From: an uncultured Selenomonadaceae bacterium
GTDB taxonomy: Bacteria > Bacillota > Negativicutes > Selenomonadales > Selenomonadaceae
Direction: 5' to 3'
DNA: 49,457 nucleotides
Assembly (NCBI GenBank): GCA_902777615.1
Contig: CACYUQ010000006.1
Coordinates: 1 to 49,457 of the forward strand
Part shown: positions 46,403-49,457 of the stretch, in pieces
Numbering within the stretch: position 1 is the stretch's first letter
Layout: every line of letters starts with the position of its first letter
Notes under the pieces: generated by a model
The model's database searches: none
Told to the model about the DNA's origin: nothing
What the model saw: the letters and a program-made list of their open reading frames with translations, nothing else
Translations under genes and position numbers: made by a program

Positions 46403-46478
46403 TGGAGCTAGCTATAGGACTTGAACCTACGACCTGCTCATTACGAATGAGCTGCTCTACCAACTGAGCTAAGCTAGC
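46403..46478 (-). tRNA. tRNA-Thr (anticodon CGU)
   Basis: The reverse complement GCTAGCTTAGCTCAGTTGGTAGAGCAGCTCATTCGTAATGAGCAGGTCGTAGGTTCAAGTCCTATAGCTAGCTCCA forms a cloverleaf. The anticodon loop is TT-CGT-AA and the CCA is encoded. Confidence 0.93.
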
Positions 46479-46546
46479 ATGACTGACAAGAAATAGTATA
46501 TCGTATTTTCCGCTTGCCTGTCAATAGATTTAACAAATTTTCTTCC

Positions 46547-47065
46547 TTACCATCCTTCAATGGCGTTCGACGCCGATTCGCGCACGCTTTTGAAAGCACA
46601 GCTTCGCGCCTCCTCATTGACCGCTTTGCAGGAAACCTGTCTTCCCTTGTTCATGCAGCAAAACGTCTCCACGCGGTCGAGACGCATCCATTCGCCCCGG
46701 GCGCTCAGACGCGCCTCGAAGCCCGCCTGCTCGATCATCGAAATCGCGTCTTCCAAAATCCGGCAAAGCTCGATTTGAAAATTCGGCGAATCCGGCGTCG
46801 CCTCATAACAGAAAAAACGCAAGTCGACACTCAAAAGGCTGCGCTCCGCCGTGATTTTCGTCCCCGGCAACACCGAAGCGAGCGGAGCCAGCGCCGCCAG
46901 TACGCCCGTTCCGCGCACTTCATCCTCCGATACGTCCGCCATGCCGGGACGCGTGACCAAAAGCTCACCCCGCAGCGTCACCTGATCATCGCGCAACGCC
47001 GACGCGACCTGCCGTTGAAGCAGACGTCCGCCCTCCTTGATTTTTTCCGCAAGCGTCATAGTCAT
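46547..47065 (-). CDS. Hypothetical protein (172 aa)
   Basis: Long ORF with coding-like composition, 6 nt downstream of the zinc-ribbon gene. No motif recognised. Confidence 0.5.
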   Translation of the reverse strand: MTMTLAEKIKEGGRLLQRQVASALRDDQVTLRGELLVTRPGMADVSEDEVRGTGVLAALAPLASVLPGTKITAERSLLSVDLRFFCYEATPDSPNFQIELCRILEDAISMIEQAGFEARLSARGEWMRLDRVETFCCMNKGRQVSCKAVNEEARSCAFKSVRESASNAIEGW

Positions 47066-47071
47066 CGCCCC

Positions 47072-47458
47072 CTACACCCACGAAACTTCCTCGCCGCAAC
47101 GGGAACAAAACTTGTCGTTCGACCGCAACGCCTCACCGCACGACGGGCAATACCGCACTTCCTCCAGCGCGCCCGTTGCCTGCGCCGCGCCGCTGATACG
47201 TCCCTCCATCTGGCCGAAACGCGCCTCCGTGATTTTCTCGTCCGCCGCTACGCGGTCGCGAAGCTGCTCCTGCCCCATACGAAGCTCCGCCACGTCACGC
47301 TCCACCGACTTGTCGGACACCAACGCCAGCACAATGCCTACGATAATCGGGCTGAAAAACGCGGCTGCGAGACCCCATTTCCATTGGCTGCGCCCCTTCT
47401 TGTCCGCGTAATATCCTACAGCCGCACAGCAGAGAATCCAAAAAGCGAATTCAAACAT
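47072..47458 (-). CDS. Membrane protein with C-terminal zinc-ribbon (128 aa)
   Basis: Two TM segments (FAFWILCCAAVGYY and LAAAFFSPIIVGIVLALV), a coiled segment, then CPSCG-x11-CSRCG. Confidence 0.6.
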   Translation of the reverse strand: MFEFAFWILCCAAVGYYADKKGRSQWKWGLAAAFFSPIIVGIVLALVSDKSVERDVAELRMGQEQLRDRVAADEKITEARFGQMEGRISGAAQATGALEEVRYCPSCGEALRSNDKFCSRCGEEVSWV

Positions 47459-47535
47459 CTTTCATCATCCTTTCCTTTGTCCCCCAACGATTCCTTTCAC
47501 ACTTTCCCTCGGAAGCCTTTTACTTCCACGACTTT

Positions 47536-47564
47536 ATTATAGGTTGCCGTGTCTGAAAAAACAA
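47536..47564 (-). promoter_or_regulatory. Putative promoter of the zinc-ribbon/hypothetical pair
   Basis: On the minus strand: TTGTTT (47564..47559), a 17-nt spacer, then TATAAT (47541..47536). Confidence 0.4.
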
Positions 47565-47636
47565 TGACATCCCCCGCATTTTCATCGTTTTATAACCGTC
47601 GTTTAATCCATTTTTCATTCAACACACACAGAAACA

Positions 47637-47680
47637 ACAAAAAAGGAGCGGAGCATCCGCCACGGACGTCTCCGCTCCTT
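47637..47680 (-). terminator. Rho-independent terminator of the stand-alone GltD-like gene
   Basis: ggagcggag...ctccgctcc stem directly after the stop, followed by a T-run on the minus strand. Confidence 0.85.
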
Positions 47681-47682
47681 TT

Positions 47683-48915
47683 TTATTCTTCTCTCGCCTT
47701 TTCTTTGAGGTATTCGCTCATGGCCTCCGCTACGTGATTGGCGTTCTTGACCGCCTGCACCACGTTCCACGGGCCGAGCGTCACATCGCCGCCCGCGAAC
47801 ACCCCCGCGCGCGTCGTCCTACCGTCCTCGTCCACTTCCAGAAGGCCCCTCTCGTTGCTGTCGAGGCCAATCGTGGTGCTGGACAGCTTGTCCTTCGCCC
47901 TTTGGCTGACGGCGATGATTGTGCTGTCCGCCGAAGAAATAGCCGGTTCGCTCCTCGAGACGATTTCCCCCGCGTCATTATAGACCCGACGCACGAACAG
48001 CGGTCCCTCGTCGGTGATGGCCAGCGTTTCGACGCCGTAGGCAATCTCCACGCCGTCCGCCTGTGTATACTCCGTTTCCCGTTTGCTGGCGGTGACTTTG
48101 TTGTCCCGCGAATAAATCGTCACATACCGACTGCCATGGCGGATCACCGTGCGCGCCACGTCCATCGCAGAATTACCCGCGCCTATGACCGCGACGGTAT
48201 CGCCCAGCTCATAAGCGTCAGGATTTTGCAGATAATCGACGGCATAGTGAACATTGCCGAGGCTCTCACCCTTGACGCCGAGCCTGCGCGCGCGCCAGGT
48301 GCCGACACCTATGAACACCGCGTCGTACCCGTCATCGAAAAGATCGTCGATGCAGAGCGCTCCGCCGATCGTCGTATTCGGACGGATATGGACCCCCAGC
48401 GCCCGCAGTTTCTTTTCATAGCGATCCAAGAGTTTCTTCGGCAGGCGGAACTCCGGGATGCCATACCGCAGCATACCGCCGATCCTGTCCTTGCGGTCGA
48501 ACACCGTAACCGCATAGCCCTGCCGCGCCAGCTTCACTGCGACGGTCAGGCCCGCGGGACCGCTGCCGATGACCGCGACCTTCTGCCCCTTGTCCGGCTC
48601 CCGTGTCAGCACGAGGCGGTCGAGATACGCGTCGGAAATATAATGCTCGATGCTTGAAATCTGCACCGGGCTGCCCGACTGCTTCCCTTGGATGCAGTTC
48701 CCTTCGCACTGCCCCTCATGATCGCAGACCAGCGAGCAAAAGACGCTCATCGGGTTGTTGTCAAAGAGCATCGTGCCCGCTTCGCTCATGTTGCCTTCAA
48801 GAAACAGACGGATCATCTCGGGGATATTCGTCTGCACCGGGCAACCGTTTTCGCGGCATGTGGGATTTGCGCATTGCAGGCAACGCCGCGCCTCGCGGAT
48901 AACATGGATCGCCAT
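47683..48915 (-). CDS. GltD-like NAD(P)H-dependent flavin oxidoreductase, stand-alone paralog
   Basis: CLQCANPTCRENGCPVQTNIP..., CSLVCDHEGQCEGNC, VAVIGSGPAGL, VAVIGAGNSAMD and GVFAGGD are present. Confidence 0.85.
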   Translation of the reverse strand: MAIHVIREARRCLQCANPTCRENGCPVQTNIPEMIRLFLEGNMSEAGTMLFDNNPMSVFCSLVCDHEGQCEGNCIQGKQSGSPVQISSIEHYISDAYLDRLVLTREPDKGQKVAVIGSGPAGLTVAVKLARQGYAVTVFDRKDRIGGMLRYGIPEFRLPKKLLDRYEKKLRALGVHIRPNTTIGGALCIDDLFDDGYDAVFIGVGTWRARRLGVKGESLGNVHYAVDYLQNPDAYELGDTVAVIGAGNSAMDVARTVIRHGSRYVTIYSRDNKVTASKRETEYTQADGVEIAYGVETLAITDEGPLFVRRVYNDAGEIVSRSEPAISSADSTIIAVSQRAKDKLSSTTIGLDSNERGLLEVDEDGRTTRAGVFAGGDVTLGPWNVVQAVKNANHVAEAMSEYLKEKAREE

Positions 48916-48984
48916 ACCCTCACCTCATTGTGAACGTTATACTTGCCTTTTTAAAGTGTACCACAACTTTTCCCGTTTTGCCAC

Positions 48985-49027
48985 GAAAAAACCGCAAGCC
49001 CGGAAAATTTCAGGCTTGCGATTTTTT
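48985..49027 (-). terminator. Second (distal) terminator hairpin downstream of pyrG
   Basis: cgcaagcc-12 nt-ggcttgcg flanked by A6 and T6. Confidence 0.65.
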
Positions 49028-49035
49028 GCGTCATG

Positions 49036-49081
49036 AAAAATCCCCGCGCAAGCGATTAACTCGCGCGGGGATTGTCTTTTT
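49036..49081 (-). terminator. Proximal terminator of pyrG
   Basis: tccccgcgc-13 nt-gcgcgggga stem with T-rich flanks on the minus strand. Confidence 0.75.
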
Positions 49082-49086
49082 CCTTT

Positions 49087-49457
49087 TTACTGCACTTTCA
49101 ACGCCGCGCCTACGAAATCACGGAACAGCGGATGCGGTTTGTTCGGACGGGATTTCAGCTCCGGGTGGAATTGGGAGCCGACGAACCACGGATGATCTTT
49201 GACTTCGACTACCTCGACCAGGCTGTCGTCGGGCAGCGTGCCCGCAATGACGAGCCCCGCCTTTGTCAGCTCGTCACGGTATTCGTTGTTAAACTCAAAG
49301 CGGTGGCGATGACGCTCCTGCACTTCCGGCTCGCCATAAGCCGCCATCGTGTTCGTGCCCTCGCGCAGTTTGCACGGGTAGGCGCCCAGACGCATCGTTC
49401 CGCCTTTTTCCACAATACCCTGCTGAGAATCCATCAGCGCAATCACAGGATGCTTCG
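49087..49457 (-). CDS. pyrG: CTP synthase, C-terminal glutamine amidotransferase part (partial, runs off the window)
   Basis: ...[14 protein letters not shown]......G....G........VE..E...HPWF.G.QFHPE..SRP..PHPLF..F is the PyrG C terminus. The ORF is open to the window edge. Confidence 0.93.
   Translation of the reverse strand, partial: KHPVIALMDSQQGIVEKGGTMRLGAYPCKLREGTNTMAAYGEPEVQERHRHRFEFNNEYRDELTKAGLVIAGTLPDDSLVEVVEVKDHPWFVGSQFHPELKSRPNKPHPLFRDFVGAALKVQ

Overview
This 49.5-kb window is chromosomal, high in G+C and almost fully coding. The gene order is Firmicutes-like (rpsF-ssb-rpsR, mutS2, scpAB, gltX, trpS, pyrG). It also encodes an outer-membrane autotransporter whose beta-barrel ends in ...TWTF. 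I therefore infer a diderm Firmicute, probably Negativicutes or Selenomonadales-like; this is inference only, with no database search.

Main blocks, in order:
1. rpsF-ssb-rpsR, sitting behind a tandemly duplicated promoter/hairpin module.
2. Cell-wall genes: two L,D-transpeptidases, a NodB-type deacetylase and an NlpC/P60 hydrolase.
3. A frameshifted autotransporter, divergent from a polytopic membrane LuxR-type regulator.
4. gltX followed directly by tRNA-Glu.
5. A visibly AT-richer island of about 3.7 kb (17.83-21.5 kb). It holds a decayed DUF1016 gene and an XRE / lipoprotein / HsdR-N-like nuclease-fold module.
6. A co-directional minus-strand string of about 10.6 kb: Rrf2 regulator, polyprenyl synthase, tatA, tatC, UbiD-like, UbiA-like, folD, fhs (broken), a short MetF-like protein, and an NfnA-like/NfnB-like pair.
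7. cstA.
8. An Afu/Fbp-type ABC importer translationally packed against araD.
9. A PsuK-like kinase plus a long F420-ligase (CofE)-fold protein.
10. Three tRNAs: Glu-CUC, Leu-UAG and Thr-CGU.

The candidates I find most interesting for undescribed biology:
- The folD-fhs-metF-like-nfnAB-like operon, which could be an undescribed redox partner arrangement for methylene-THF reduction.
- The Afu-type transporter plus araD operon, with the neighbouring kinase/CofE-like pair.
- The low-GC island module.

Four genes look disrupted: the autotransporter, DUF1016, fhs and cstA. These need read-level verification. No CRISPR array, integrase, transposase or rRNA was seen.
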